Shown: in pieces, positions 24,001 to 37,039 of the stretch
Position numbering within the stretch: the stretch's first letter is position 1
How the letters are laid out: the number at the start of each line of letters is the position of its first letter
Assembly (NCBI GenBank): GCA_013265495.1
Contig: MU058241.1
Coordinates: 1,553,249 to 1,617,248 of the forward strand
Source: Vicugna vicugna
Lineage: Eukaryota
Length of the DNA stretch: 64,000 bases
Direction of reading: 5' to 3'
The notes under the pieces: generated by a model
Databases searched by the model: none
What the model was told of the DNA's origin: nothing
The model's input: only the letters and a program-made list of their open reading frames with translations
Translations under genes and position numbers: made by a program

Positions 24001-26534
24001 GGGTGAAGGAGGACTGTGGCGTGCTGGGCTGTTCAAATTCGGAGTTGACTGCATATTTATCCAAAGTATAAGACCGGCAGAATCTGTTCTGAAAGGCAGG
24101 CTGAAGTTTGAGATTTTTTTCTTCCCTCGGCACCACTGCACATGAGACTTTAGACCATAAGATCAGGGTACACAGAAAATAATGAAAAGTACTGTGTGTG
24201 TGTGTGCATACCTGAAAAGTAGCGTGAACATTTTGACATAGGTTTTGTTACCGGCCCGGGAGTCTGCACCGACTGCAAGACGCTTTTTTGGTGGTTGTTT
24301 TGGGATTCAGCCAATAGGCTCCAACCCACAGCCAGAAAGACTCAGAGCACTTACCCCAGTGACTGGCATGGTGGCCCCGACTCTCTCTTCTGCTTAGATT
24401 GCTTCTATGAATTTCCCACCAGCTGATCTCGATGCGGTTTCTTCTGCCAGCCTGACACACACGCTTAGTACTCACCCCCTGCAGTCTAGTCCTACGCACG
24501 TTTGCTGAGTCAGAGGCTGCAAAACGACGCGTACACTGCTGACAGCAGGGTGCACAGGAACCCGAAGTTTCCAGTTAAGTGACTGCAGCTTTCCCGAAGA
24601 GCTCAGGCTGTGTTTACAGAGCGAGCCCTTAGAGACATCCTATGCGTGTGTGTCAACAGCCATCAGGACTGTCTGCAAAAGCTGTGGCCTTCCTGGGTAG
24701 CAACCATGCATCTATCCAAAGGTTACGGGAAACATGTTAAAAACCACACGGATATCCATTCGACAGACTCAGTAATTAGCAGGGTAATAATTGATGGTAT
24801 TGAGATACGGCTGGTCACACGCAGGTGACACATCTGGAATCCGTCAACACGAGTGCTTAACGTGGCAAGACCACGTTGGCTTCAGCACGGTTTCCCTTGG
24901 TGCACAGATTTCCCCTCAATCTCCTTGGCCATCAGCAGATGGAACTTTGGGCGAAACAGAGTCATTTGGTTTATATGAGCACCACAGTGTAGCAGAGGAA
25001 TCTGACCCCATCACACGTAATGCATTCCAAATTCTGCGGGCACAACTTCTGCGGGACCCACGGGACACTAGTTAACACGTTCGACTGAGAAGACAGCGGA
25101 CACTCTGCTAAGCAGCTTGCACACAGGAGTCATATGCGCCCTCTGCAAGGTCGTTGCCAACGATGGGCTTCGTGCTGACACAGGAGTTCACGACTATGCA
25201 GGAGGTCCTAAGAACTTCTGGAGCCTGCCTGTCAGTTGTCTGTGGCTGTGTTCATACGAGCGCAGAATGACAAGGTCAAAAAGCGTCACCTGTGAGTTTT
25301 ATTCATTTCAGACATATTTATTCAACATCAATGGGACAATTACTCCACGTAACAGCCACCCATTCATTTTAAGGACTTAATGCCTCTCTGCCGTCACTGC
25401 TTCCATGACTTGCTCAAATACACAAGCCGTTTTCCCGTTTTTGCAGACATCTCCTGAATCTTACCTGACTTCTGGGAGATTTGAAAACCCAGGATATGAA
25501 ACACACACTGTCCTTAAAAGGCACAGTCAAAGGACCAATGTAAAGGAAGAAAGAAAAAAACCCAGCCAGGCTCCGGCGTCGGAAGAACAGCTCCATCGTT
25601 CCATTAAAATTAGGTTACTGAGTTTAACTCTTTGACATATATTTATTCCAATTAATTTCAATTAGGGAAAACACGTGTAAATGGATGTGTTGACACACAG
25701 TTCCCAGGCAGCTTGTCTGAGACCATTAGGCACGATGTTCATGTGTAAGAATCAGTGTAACTAGTACGCAGTGAGTCATTTCTTCCAACAATCCGTTCTG
25801 TTGGGTAGAAGCCGTGGTGCGACAACCCTGAAATTAAATCTCCATTAAGAATTCGAATCGATCTTGACATGCACATGGTTGTTTTTTTTTTTCCCTTTTT
25901 TGGTTAAGAAAATTAATAATGCATAGTCATTACAGAAACCCACTAAAGCACTCTCTCTCTCTCTCTCTTAATCTCTTTCATTTGTTTTTGAAATGCCGCA
26001 CAAAGGAAGGGCAAGAAGGGGCCGGAGAATTTGGAAGCAGACATCCACCCTGAGTATTCAAGGGGGATTGTCTGCAGGACCGCCCAACTGTGCCACATTT
26101 ACCTCGGCTCCCTGAACGGTGGGAGTGAGACCATCAGGACAGTGTGGGGCGCAGGCGCTGTCACTCTTCCTGAGGGTTTCCAGACCCGCATGCCGTGGAC
26201 AGTCACCCAAAAGGACACCTCCTGGAGGGGCTTCTCCCAGGAAGCGTTTACGAAGAAGAAATGACCACCACAACCTTAAAGCCCCCCTCCCCAGGTGTGG
26301 ATGGAAGCACACGGCCGGATAAGCAGATGCGTCCAGGGTAAAGTTGTGTCGGGGAGACAAGGAGATGTCATTTAGCGCCACCAGTGACAAACGGAATTCC
26401 TCTGAGAATATTATCTTGCAGGAACGGGTTGAGTCACAGGGATAATAGAGTTTTTCAGAAAATCCATTTCTCAGAGAGCAATGAAAGGGGACCATGGGTA
26501 TGTGAGGCATAGAAAGGGCTTTAGAAAAACAGCA

Positions 26535-26740
26535 CGTACACTTATTGAGTACCTACCATGGGCAAAAGGTGCTGCAAGCATTTTTTTCTAATGTTTACAG
26601 CACTCTTGGGCCATAACCGGTTTTATTCCCGTTTCGTGGAAGAGGGAACTGAGGCTCAGAGCGACGTTGGGGGGCTCCATTATCACCACCACCGCCTGGT
26701 TCCTGGAACCCCAGAGCGCTCCCGTCTTGGCCAGGATGCA
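26535..26740 (-). mobile_element. MIR SINE
   Basis: cacttattgagtacctaccatg..ttattcccgtttcgtggaagagggaactgaggctcagag core. Confidence 0.7.
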
Positions 26741-28189
26741 GAGAAGATGGGGAGAAGTCGGTGCTTCCGTACAGAGAAGGCCTCCAGGGACTTGAGGTCT
26801 TGGGCAGAGGCGGAGTGATGCACCCGGGGATGGAAAACGGTCCACAGTCAGGAGCTGACACAAGCCTCCAGTCCACGTGACGCACACCATGCTTTCAATG
26901 GGGATGTGGTTGGGCCATGAATGTTCACACACACAGCGACCTTTTAAGGTCACTCCCCAATGTAAACTGGGTTGATTAAAGAACATTTAAGAAACGCTTG
27001 CTTGTGGAGGCATTCAATCAATCTTCATTTCCCCGTCTCTCTCTCTCTCTAGTACCACTTCTATTTATAATCGCTCATGCTGCCACTAGTGTGCACGTCT
27101 ATGAGCCCTTCAAGGTGTGCTTCAGGAGAACAGAACTAAAAGATGATTTCGATTTTTCTTTCCACTTCCCTCCTTTGCTATGACAAACACAAGGGTATGT
27201 GCACCCTCCTTGGGCTTTCTATGCTTAACTCCACCTTTATTTTCTTTGTAGTTTCATTCAATGGTACATATTTCTTTATTGAACCAGTGCTGAACCTTTC
27301 AAAGTCTAGTGTAATACACTAGGAAGCGTACACACTCCGCAAAGAGGTATGGAATCCAGCTGGACAGAGAGGCATTGGCAAAACTACCAGGACATACATC
27401 CGTGGCTGACACAGAAAGACTATGGTAAGTAAATGACTAAAAGCTACAAAAGAATGAAGACGCTACAAGTAAATTAATTGGAAACAATAATATTAAAAAC
27501 CCAATAAAAATCCAAGTGGCTCTGAAGACCCGGGTTGGATTCACACAGAAGTAGCCAGTGGTAAGTTTCCTTCTGACTGGAGAAGTTTGGCTTAGTTTTG
27601 GCGTCAGAGAAGAGGTTGGACAGAAACCCTACGATGAGCTGACTGTCGGCTGCAGACCTGATGGGTCAGAGCACAGGAACTCCGGGGTCAGTAGACGCTG
27701 AGTTTTGTCACCTCTTCAAGCGTCACTCGAGGACATGGCTTGGCATATTCCAGGACGGAGGTTTTCCAAGTGTGGACCTCGGACCCCGGGTAGTCTGGGT
27801 GACGTTTCACAGGGTCCCTGAGAATATATCCACCTTCCTATTAATACAGAAGCGTCATTTACCGTCTTCACCTCGTTCACCGTTGCACTGATGGTGCAAA
27901 CGTAGGGAAAACCCTTGGCACCTGAGCAGTGATCAAGGCCGTGACCCCAGACTGTACATCCATCGCGGCCATGCTGTGCAAGAAAAGAGTGTCAGTTTCA
28001 CTTCAGAATGTTTGCGGACGAAGTGGTAAACATTGTCCGTTTTCTTAAATCTCTCTTGAGGACTTCCCTTTTCAATATTCTGTGTGAAGAACTGGGAGTT
28101 CCACACGAAGCTCTTTTCCTGCACAATGATGTTTGATGTTTGCCTCCAGGAAAAAAAAATAATGATGCTTGACGTTTGTTTGAGTAGCG

Positions 28190-29250
28190 AGGTGAAGTGG
28201 CAGTGACCATTCTTACTTGATAGAGTGACTGACAGACAACCTATGGCAACTCAGACGTGGGTATCTGGCAAATATTTTCTCACAAATGAACAAAGTGCAC
28301 CTGCCACTTCACGGAAAGCACCTGACGGCATCTGTTGTCCATGACAAATTCAAAACTTCAGGGAAAAATCCCTTTTAGAAATCATGTATCTGCCAGTAGG
28401 AACCTGATGGGCTCCCCAAACTCAAATCCGTTCCTAATAAAATCAGTCGTGATGCTAATAAACGTGAGTTTTTCATTTTGTGCAATGAAATGGCTGAGTA
28501 TTTGGAAGTCCTGCGTAACTTAGTGAACCGACGTGTTCAAAATGATTAATGCAGCATGATCCAGAATCATGCATGGATAAAAGGTGCATGTTAAATACAA
28601 GATAAAAAAAATGGATTTTAATGTCACAGAGGAAAAAAGATATCTTGATATAGGTTCAGATCAGACTTTTAATTAACCTGTAAGAATCTATCCGTGTTGA
28701 GTTTTGGTGTAGTATTAAAGACAAATGCCCAAGATTACTTAATTACCTATTTTTTTCCAACAACATATTTGTGGGAAAGCAGATTTTCTTAACACACCAA
28801 CCCAAACAACCTAATGCAACATACTGGGTGCATCAGCTGCTATGAAAATCCAGCTATTATTAAAAACAACCATTACAAGGGGGAGGGTACAGCTCAAGTT
28901 TAACCCCCAGTCCCTTCTCTGAAAGGAAATAAACCTAATTACCTCCCCCTACCTGACAAAATAAAATAATTAAATTATATGATAGTAACAACAGACATTA
29001 TAAAGATCTGCAAAAACGTAAAAAAAAAAAAGAATGCCACATTTAACAATTTTCTTTTATTTAGGAAAATATAGCTATTTTTAGGCATGTTTTTAATGTT
29101 AATGTAACATTGGTTTATTACTGTTACTTTTAAATGAATGTCTAAATATTTTTAAGCATCTCTGTTTTAATTTCTAATTGGGAAACATCAATAGATACAA
29201 CCTCTAGGAATAAAATTTCTGTGGGATCACCAATCATTTTTAATATTGAA
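28190..29250 (+). mobile_element. hAT-Charlie1-like DNA transposon, decayed transposase C-terminal part (interrupted by a SINE)
   Basis: Fossil peptides GYLANIFSQMNKVHLPLHGK (28260), EFWCSIKDKCPRL (28699) and FPTTYLWESRFS (about 28754) match Charlie/Buster hAT motifs (YLADIF..N..L.LQG, FW, FPTTYLCE.GFS). Confidence 0.85.
28879..28990 (+). mobile_element. Internally deleted tRNA-Ala SINE nested in Charlie1
   Basis: ggggagggtacagctcaag joined directly to tttaacccccagt, then the aaataaacctaattacctccccc tail. Confidence 0.8.
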
Positions 29251-29353
29251 CGCAATGGGTGTGGGGGGGCACTTCTGTTTCTCTGTAAGTCAGAGCGGGT
29301 CTTGATGTGTGTAACACTTACGAAGACTCACTGATCACATTTATTGATACCTT

Positions 29354-29522
29354 TATTTAAAAAAAATTAAAATTATTGTTACTATTTTTTGGTTTATTTT
29401 GGTGGGGAGGGTGAATTAGGTTATTTATTTACATTTATTATTTTTAATGGAGGGACTGGGGATTGAACCGGGACGCTGAGCATGCTAGGCACGGGCTCTA
29501 CCGCTGAGCTACACCCTCCCTC
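29354..29522 (-). mobile_element. tRNA-Ala-derived SINE (Vic-1-like)
   Basis: Head at about 29448-29522. Perfect 12-bp TSD TATTGATACCTT at 29342-29353 and 29523-29534. Confidence 0.92.
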
Positions 29523-29894
29523 TATTGATACCTTCAATTGCTCCCGATACGGAGGTCAAAGTGCTTCAGATCTAGCAAGTGTTTAAGAAAGTGTCACTGA
29601 AATATTGTACCATGCTCTCAATTTATTTCACAGATGATGAGGCCTCTATGCTGGATTCTACCTACGAAAATCAAGGTGATCAGAGTGTGTTTCCTGAGTT
29701 CTGAGGAATTTATCATTGTTGGTTCAGAAGCAGACTTACAAACAAGCTCCTATAAATTAAATATTGTGTAAAGTGAGATCCTGCATGAAGAGGACATGAG
29801 TAAGTGCAATGTTACAATAATACCTCGTAGGACGCAGCAGAGCAAACGTCGCCTTACAGAGACGAATCTGTGTTGTGAAAAATCGCTGGGTTTT

Positions 29895-30500
29895 TGTGGT
29901 GAGCAGAATGCTCCCCCACCACCCACACAAAGATGTCCACACCCTAATCCCCTGAACTCATGGACATGCCAAGTTACGTGACAATGACATCTGCAGATGT
30001 AATCCAGTTTACAGACCTTACGATATGGAGATAATCCTGCATTATAGACTTTGGCCCAATCCAATCACATGAATACTAAAAAGCAGAGAACTTTTTACAG
30101 CTGGAGTGGGAGAGATGTGTCAGGAGAAGCATGGCAGGACCACGGTGTGCTGTTGTTCGCTTAAAGATGGAAGGGGCGATGTGGCAAGAACATGGGGGGC
30201 CATGAGGAGCTCAGAATGGCTCCACAGCTGACAGCCAGCAAGAAGCTATGGAACTCAGTCCTACAGCCAGAAGGAACTGAATTCTGCCAACCACCTGAAA
30301 GGGTCTGAAAGCAGATTCTCCCTCCGAAACTCCAGAGTGCATCTCCATCCATCCATCACTTTGAGTTTACCCTTAGGAAACCCAGAGCAGAGAAACAAAG
30401 CCACCTTGTCTCTTCTACGTCTGACCTGCAACACCTGTGAGATAATAAATGTGTGACCTTTGGAGCTGCTAAGTTCGCGATCACTGTTTAATGACAGGAT
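29895..30500 (+). mobile_element. MaLR solo LTR (MLT1E-like)
   Basis: tgtggtgagcagaatgctccccc..aagatgtccacaccctaatccc..cagctgacagccagcaagaa..ggaactgaattctgccaaccacctga..gtgagataataaatgtgtg. Confidence 0.82.
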
Positions 30501-30599
30501 GAGAAAACTTCAGTAGGGGGAGGGCGGGGGAGCAGAGGAGAAAAGACATTCCGGTCCGCAAGCTCCGTTACCATGAGCGAAGGTACATGGCCGTGACCA

Positions 30600-32360
30600 A
30601 GCAGAGGAAAAGGCAAGTTACCTGATGTGGATAAAACATAAGAAATACAGAGAGAAGAGCCAACGAGAGACAGGAGGATAAGGCTCGGGAATGAGTATGC
30701 AGAACGAAAGGACCAGCATCTGTCGGGAGAACAGACTGGCGTGGGCAAGAAGCCGTAGGAAGGATGACCAGTCAGGAATAATCCAGACAAGACATGACAA
30801 GTCCTGGAAACAAGAGAGTGGCCCCTGGAATCAATAAATGTGGGCCCGTTCAAGAGACACTTCTAAAGGGGAATCAACACGACTCGGTAAAAATTACATG
30901 AAGAGTTGAGGAAGAGAGAAAAGGTGACCTCCACATTTTGAGGCTAGAGGACGCAGAGGATGGTAATGCAATTAGCTATGAGCAAGAGTCGGGCTGCGTG
31001 TAGTCTCTTTTCTTTCCTTTCCCGCAGGGCAAGGCGAAGTTAATTAATCTGTTCGGGATGTGCTGGGTTTAAAGCGTGTAGTGAGCAATGTATACCACTG
31101 ACTGTGGTTTCAGGTAAAGTTAGAGCTCATAGAGGAGGGGGCTGTGAGGAAGCCGTGACAGCCAGGAGTGAACAGAAAATGGGAGATCAGAGTTCTAGCG
31201 GAAAATCCGAGACTTCATACAAAGGGAGCAGGGGGTTGGATGAGGGACAAAGGGTGGGAAAACAGAGAATTCCTCAAAGGAAAATGAGTGATCTAATGAG
31301 CTTGGAGGCGAACTTGGAATGACTGGTTCCCAAGACCCACAAGGAGGGTTTTAAAAAGTAGAGCTGCTTGGCCGTGCCACGTGGCATGAAGAATTCCACT
31401 ACAATGAACTTGAAAGGAGGCCACCTGAGTGGGCGACACACAGGGTACTGGGGGCCTTTGAAAGGAGAGTTCCAAGTGGACAGCACAGAAGGCGCTGCGG
31501 TCCAGCGTTGGAGGGCGGGCCAGAGAGGCAGGAGCCAAACCACACAGGTGCCCTTCTGCACTATGATGTAGCAGCGCTTTGAGACGCAACCAAGAATGGG
31601 ATGAAGCGTTAGCGTGCCAGGTAAGGAGGGCCGAAGGGAATGTCTAGGGGAGGGAAATTCGGTGGAAAGGAAGAGGCTAGAGCTACAGAAGACACATGCA
31701 GGTGGTGGGTCAGGATCCCAGAGAGAGGGGGCCGTGCATGGATTCAAGAGCAGGAGAGCCCAGCAGAACCAGTGACCTTTCGGAGGAGCCTGCCAAGATG
31801 GAAGGACAACGCAAGGGCACAGAGCACAGTCAACGTGGAAAGTGCAAAAGCTGGTAGACGTGCCGGTCCACAGAAGACCGTGTTCTCAGTTCGGTAAGAG
31901 TCAGAGAGAGAGAGGAGGGGACCAGGGATAGAGACAAGAAAATAGTGTGTGAACAGCTGCTGCCTTGGGGAATGGGACAGACCGTGCAGTAAGGACACAA
32001 GGTCTAGCAGGGGGCGGGCCAAGGGTGTGGGGCATTTGTGGATGCCAAAGAGTGTGAACAAACGAGTGTGGGGCGTACGGTCTAGATACTGCGATCACTC
32101 TGATATGCCAGCGTGTGTGTCTTGATCACACCATATCATAACCCTCCAAGGCGGTAGGTACGTCCACCTCGCAGAGAGGAGTTGAGTAGAGGGCTGCAGC
32201 ACTGGTAGATGTGGAGTTTTAAGAGCAGGTGCAGTAGTGGGCAAGCCTGTGTTCTCTGAGACAACGAGAGAAGGAGCGAGCGTCTGCCCAGGGAAGGATG
32301 ACCCCTGCAGAATACGGGGTAAGAACGTGAGTGAGGATTTTGTCCAGAGGGGAGAGCTGC
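30600..32360 (-). mobile_element. Degenerate L2 LINE fragments
   Basis: Purine-rich plus strand with L2-like blocks (gagttgaggaagagagaaaaggtgacctccacattttgaggctagagg..ggatggtaatgcaattag; gggagatcagagttc). Boundaries are vague. Confidence 0.45.
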
Positions 32361-32809
32361 CTTGACCCGACTCAGTCAAAACCACACCTCGTCCCAGCTA
32401 CAGTCCAGGGAACAGTGCTCCTGCTTAGTGACGTGCTCCTGGTCCTCACACCGCTGCCACTGTCCCCCCACACGTGCCACTTCCTTTCTTTTTCTGGTAC
32501 AGCTGCCCTCTCTCTGGCAATATCCGACAATCTCCAACAGCATTCATCGGCTGAGTCACTGGAAACCCCTGGCTTGGTATCAACAGACATCTTAACGGAA
32601 CGCCAGTCCGACCCTGTTCTAGGACAGTCGAGGATCCTACAGCATAACTCGACCAGTAAACACACCAAGGACATCATGTATAAAACTCATATTTCCTTCC
32701 ACGTAATGTACAACCTAATGTGCTCCTGGGAGTCTCTCTGATGGGTGGCTAATTCACAGGCTGACAGTGTGACATCTGAGCCACACTGCCAAGCTGCAGA
32801 TGGCAGCTC

Positions 32810-32990
32810 TAACCCTTACCTAGGTGATGGCTTAAGGCAAGGGACTGTCATTTCCAGGTCTCAGTTTCCACATCTGGGGAGTGGGGGTGAAACACCTCAT
32901 AATGCTTCTTGAGAAGTGACAGAGTCAATACACAGAAAGCTTTTAAAGAGCGCCTGGTACCCAGGATGTAGGCAATACACGTTAGCTAAT

Positions 32991-32992
<2 letters not shown>
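32810..32992 (+). mobile_element. MIR SINE
   Basis: ttaaggcaagggactg..gtctcagtttccacatctg..aaagcttttaaagagcgcctggtacc..aatacacgttagctaattat. Confidence 0.7.

Positions 32993-32996
<4 letters not shown>

Positions 32997-33025
<29 letters not shown>
32997..33025. repeat. (TA)n microsatellite
   Basis: Directly visible. Confidence 0.95.
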
Positions 33026-33030
<5 letters not shown>

Positions 33031-33075
33031 AAATTGTCACGCAAAACTAGCTGTCAATCAAAATTAGCTAGTGTT

Positions 33076-33157
33076 GGGGGGAGGGTATAGCTCAAGTGGT
33101 AGAGCGCATGCTTAGCATGCACGAGGTTCTAGATTCGCCTCCCTCCCTCTCCCCAAG
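33076..33157 (+). mobile_element. tRNA-Ala SINE lacking the A-rich tail
   Basis: Head runs to ..gaggttctagattc, then gcctccctccctctccccaag. 13-bp TSD ATTAGCTA(G/C)TGTT at 33063-33075 and 33158-33170. Confidence 0.85.
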
Positions 33158-33170
33158 ATTAGCTACTGTT

Positions 33171-33883
33171 ACTGCTGGTGGGAATGCAGTTTGGTGCAGC
33201 CATTATGGAAAACAATATGAGATTCCTCAAAAAACTAAAAATATACCTACCATATGATCCAGCAATCCTATTCCTGGCCATATATTCTAATTTGAAAAGA
33301 TATGTACACCCCAATGTTCATAGCAGCACTATTTACAGTAGCCAAGATGTGGAAGCAACCTAAATGTCCATTGGCAGATAACTGGATAAAGAAGTTGTGG
33401 TATATTTATACAGTGGAATACTACTCAGCCATAAAAAAGAATGAAATTGTGTCATTTGCAGCAACATGGATGGACCCAGTGATAGTCATTTTAAGTGAAG
33501 CTAGAAAACGACAGAAAAATACCATATGATATCACTCATATGTGGAATCTAAAAAATAAGGACACAAGTGAATTTATTTACAAAACAGAAACAGAGTCAC
33601 AGACATAGAAAACAAACTTAACGGTTAGCACAGCGGGAAAGGGGTTGTGGGAGGGATAAATTGGGAGTTGAAGATTTGCAGATACTAACCACTATATATA
33701 AAACAGATAAACAACAAGGTCCTACTGTATAGCACAGGGAACTGTGTTCAATATCTTATAGTAATCTTTGATGAAAAAGAATATGAAAACCAATATATGT
33801 ATGTATGTGCATGACTTGGAGACTGTGCTGCACACCAGACTGACGCACTGTAACTGACTGTACTGCAGTTAAAAAAAGAAAAG
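33171..33883 (+). mobile_element. L1 3' end, 5'-truncated (artiodactyl/camelid-type)
   Basis: ORF2 C-terminus (RFLKKLKIYLPYDPAI; FIAALFTVAKMWKQPKCP) plus 3' UTR and A tail. Confidence 0.9.
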
Positions 33884-34707
33884 AGTTCTAGGTAGAGTGG
33901 TCTCCTCAAAACCCATCTAGCACTCACTGTCATGCATGAGATTTAAAGACCTGTGCTCCCGTCCTGCGATCGCTTACTTAATTGCAGAGCGTTTCACATG
34001 GTGCCTCAGTGTGCGTAAGGACAAGGAAGGAACAGACGCCTTTCCTCAGAGACCTACAGCTTGGTACAGACGTCACATCTCGAGACAGAAACCCATTTCT
34101 TGCATCCGCTACTGCTTGAATTCACTTACAGTCCCCACGGGATTGAAATTTGCCCTGGGACATGATACTCAAGCCTCTGGCAAAGACACTTAGCGCAGAG
34201 GGGAGCAGGACAGGGGCCGGGAAGAAGTGGGAGCCGGCCACCTCTCGAGAAGGGTCATTTCCTCCTGCATCCCGGGAGACACATGAGCCTTTTGTAAAAA
34301 TGGTGCTCTCAATCCTGGAAGAGAGATTCCCAGCACAGTCTCTACTTTTCTTCTTTGAACCACAAAAGTCTAGTCTAAGTCCCCGAAGCACAAGGGAGCA
34401 TCTCTGCATTTGGCAGAATATTGTACAGAGTGGGGTGTTTTGTCCCTTCCAAGAAACCAGGTTTGAGCATCGCTTGTCTACACAGTGACATAGTGACTGA
34501 TTTGCCTCAAGGACACTTGCCTCAACTTTCCTGTTCATCGCCCAACTGAACCACGTACACTCTGTAGGCACCAAGAGGGTTCAACAAAGAGGCTGCGGCT
34601 CTAGTTTAATTTCTGGGAAGACCCTTTATTGAAACCTTTCAATGCCTGCCTTCTCAACCACAGTACTAATTTTCAGCCCTCATAATTAACACACATGAAA
34701 GCATCTT

Positions 34708-34765
34708 CAAACACACACCCACACCCACACACACCCACCCACACACACAGACATACACACATACC
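34708..34765. repeat. Imperfect (CA)n low-complexity tract
   Basis: Directly visible. Confidence 0.8.
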
Positions 34766-35038
34766 AACAGGCAGACACCAGAAGGTCAAAACGTTTGCAA
34801 CTGGTAGAAATAACATATGATTTCTCCCTCCCTTCCTTGGCTCCCTACCTTCTGCCTAGAATTCCTCCACTGCTTTATCCACCCACTGACAACAACTCCC
34901 TCAACTAAAGTACTTTTTTTTTCCCTCACCTGTCAACAGAGATCATCATTTTCCCCTCGTGGACCTAGTCTGACATTAAAAGAACACAGTGGAGACAATA
35001 CTGAAAGGCGCTGGAATGTAAGTCATTAGGGAGAGTCG

Positions 35039-35409
35039 TGGAGGCTGCCAGTGGCATGCCAATGTCTATTCTGCACTTCTTTCCCAATTATAGAATGACT
35101 GTCAGAGCACGGAGCTACCCTGATATAGACTACATCGACCAGACTCCTTGGTGGCTCAGTTCAGTCATGTGACTGTGTTCTAGCCAATGAGCAAAGAAAG
35201 TGAAACATGGTCCAAATTCCAAAACAAGCTTGCCAATCGTCTTGGGAAACAGCATGCTAAGGATGACCAAAAAAACAGGATGGAAGGAGTTTGAACTGAG
35301 AGAGTCTCAACAGAAAGCCATCTAAACACTAGTCACATTCTGTATTACGTAAGTCACATTTAATCTGAGTCTCTGTGACTCACGCAAAAGCCTTCATCCC
35401 AACTGATAC
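35039..35409 (+). mobile_element. Old MaLR LTR (MLT1J-like)
   Basis: gactacatcgaccagactcctt..gtcatgtgactgtgttctagccaatgag..cccaactgatac. Confidence 0.6.
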
Positions 35410-35544
35410 CTGCAGCAATCATAGCTGAAAGAAATGTGTACAGAAACGACAGTTACAGGCATAAATCTGAAGACCAGCACATGTTTCTTCCTGCCCCTCT
35501 GGGTGCTTGTGTCCTCTGCCCCTTGATCCTAGGTCCTGAATGTA

Positions 35545-35703
35545 ACACGTACAGCTGAGCCACAGTGGAACACCAAAGACCAAATTTAGAGGAGTACATT
35601 TGGTCTGTGGTATAGGAGAGGAGGAGAACAAATGTGTATTTTTATGCCATTGAGTAGGGCTGGCTTGTTACGCACCATCGTTACGGAAAGAGCTGACTAA
35701 TAC
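35545..35703 (+). mobile_element. Old MaLR LTR 3' fragment (MLT1H/I-like)
   Basis: cagctgagcc..aaatgtgtattttttatgccattgag..ttgttacgcaccatc..gctgactaataca terminus. Confidence 0.55.
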
Positions 35704-36833
35704 ATGGACATTGCCAAGACAAAGCCTGTGGGACCTGGGCCAGAGTTGATGTATTTCTCTGAAGATCTGCTCCTGAGGCTCTCTGCCATGTGGAATTAAA
35801 CAGAATGAGGCACTGGTATCAAAGAGCTAATGATCAAAGACGGCCAACAAATGGCTTCAAAACCAAGAAATTGATAATAGTATGAAAATAAACCTATTCA
35901 AGTGAAGGTCTATTCTGAGCCAGATCCACTGAATGCCACGTACTCAAAGTATGTAGGCATTTATACAAATAACCACATCTTACATGGCTAAGGAATGTTG
36001 CTTTTTAAAGTTAACAAAATGATGAAGCCCGTTCACTAACAATCTACATAAAGTTGAGTCCTCTGTGATGGGTCTAGCAGTTTCGTAAGTGAGTAAGAGA
36101 CAGGCATTCAATTCTAGACGCCAGACTCAGCACTTTAGCTCAGACTGATTCTACTTTGTACTTAGAAGACCTACACCTTCTTCAGAACAGCAAAGCTTAG
36201 GAAAATTACTTCATATCTTTTATCCCCCAAATGCGAAAAAAAAAAAAGTTCAGACAACAAAGGAATAATCAAACAATCAATTTGATTGACGTGGTAGGGC
36301 AAACACATACAAATTGTTTTGCTGGTTTTTAAGGCTTTAATTCCATGGCTAAAGTTTAATTATCATTTGCAAACCCCTACATTTATGATCTCTTAGATAA
36401 CTAAAGTTGAACGTTTGTTCCATATCTTTTGGAGCGATTTTAATTAGGCCAAGGCCTTCTCCTACTCTTATCTTCAAGTATGAGTTTAAGCTATTTTAAG
36501 CCTGTGTTATCTGCAAAAAGGAAAAAAAAATAATAACTTTTTGCTTTGGGGTTTTTGTGTTTTTATTCCCAGAGCTACCTTAGTTTGCATTTTGATTTTT
36601 TATTGCTAAACATCTAGCTTTCCACATACACCAACGTATCGTTTGGCATCTAGAACCCTGGGGAAAGTTTAAGAATCTGCTATTACAGGATATGCTACGA
36701 GATGTTTCAACTATTTCAAAGTAGCCTGCAGAAAGACAAGTTGTCCACTGAGGGAGAAAGTGGAGACACACGTGCCTGACACAAGAGAGATTTTTAGGTT
36801 AATGAGAAATTAAATGAATATCACTGCAAGAGT

Positions 36834-36898
36834 CTATGGATATAATATGGATACATAATATGGATATATTATTCTATGGATACAATGTGGATACATAA
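36834..36898. repeat. Short degenerate tandem repeat of (A)T(A/G)TGGATA-based units
   Basis: Five TGGATA cores in about 65 bp. Confidence 0.7.
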
Positions 36899-37039
36899 AT
36901 GTAGCTCACTGTGATTCCCATGGGAGAAGTGTTTCCTAAGAGAGTCATTTTCACTTGGGTAGTTGGGACCGCTCTGGATGACAGCTGAGCTGATGGGGGT
37001 CTCTCACGTGTCCCTCACTTTCCAGATGCCTCAGATGAA

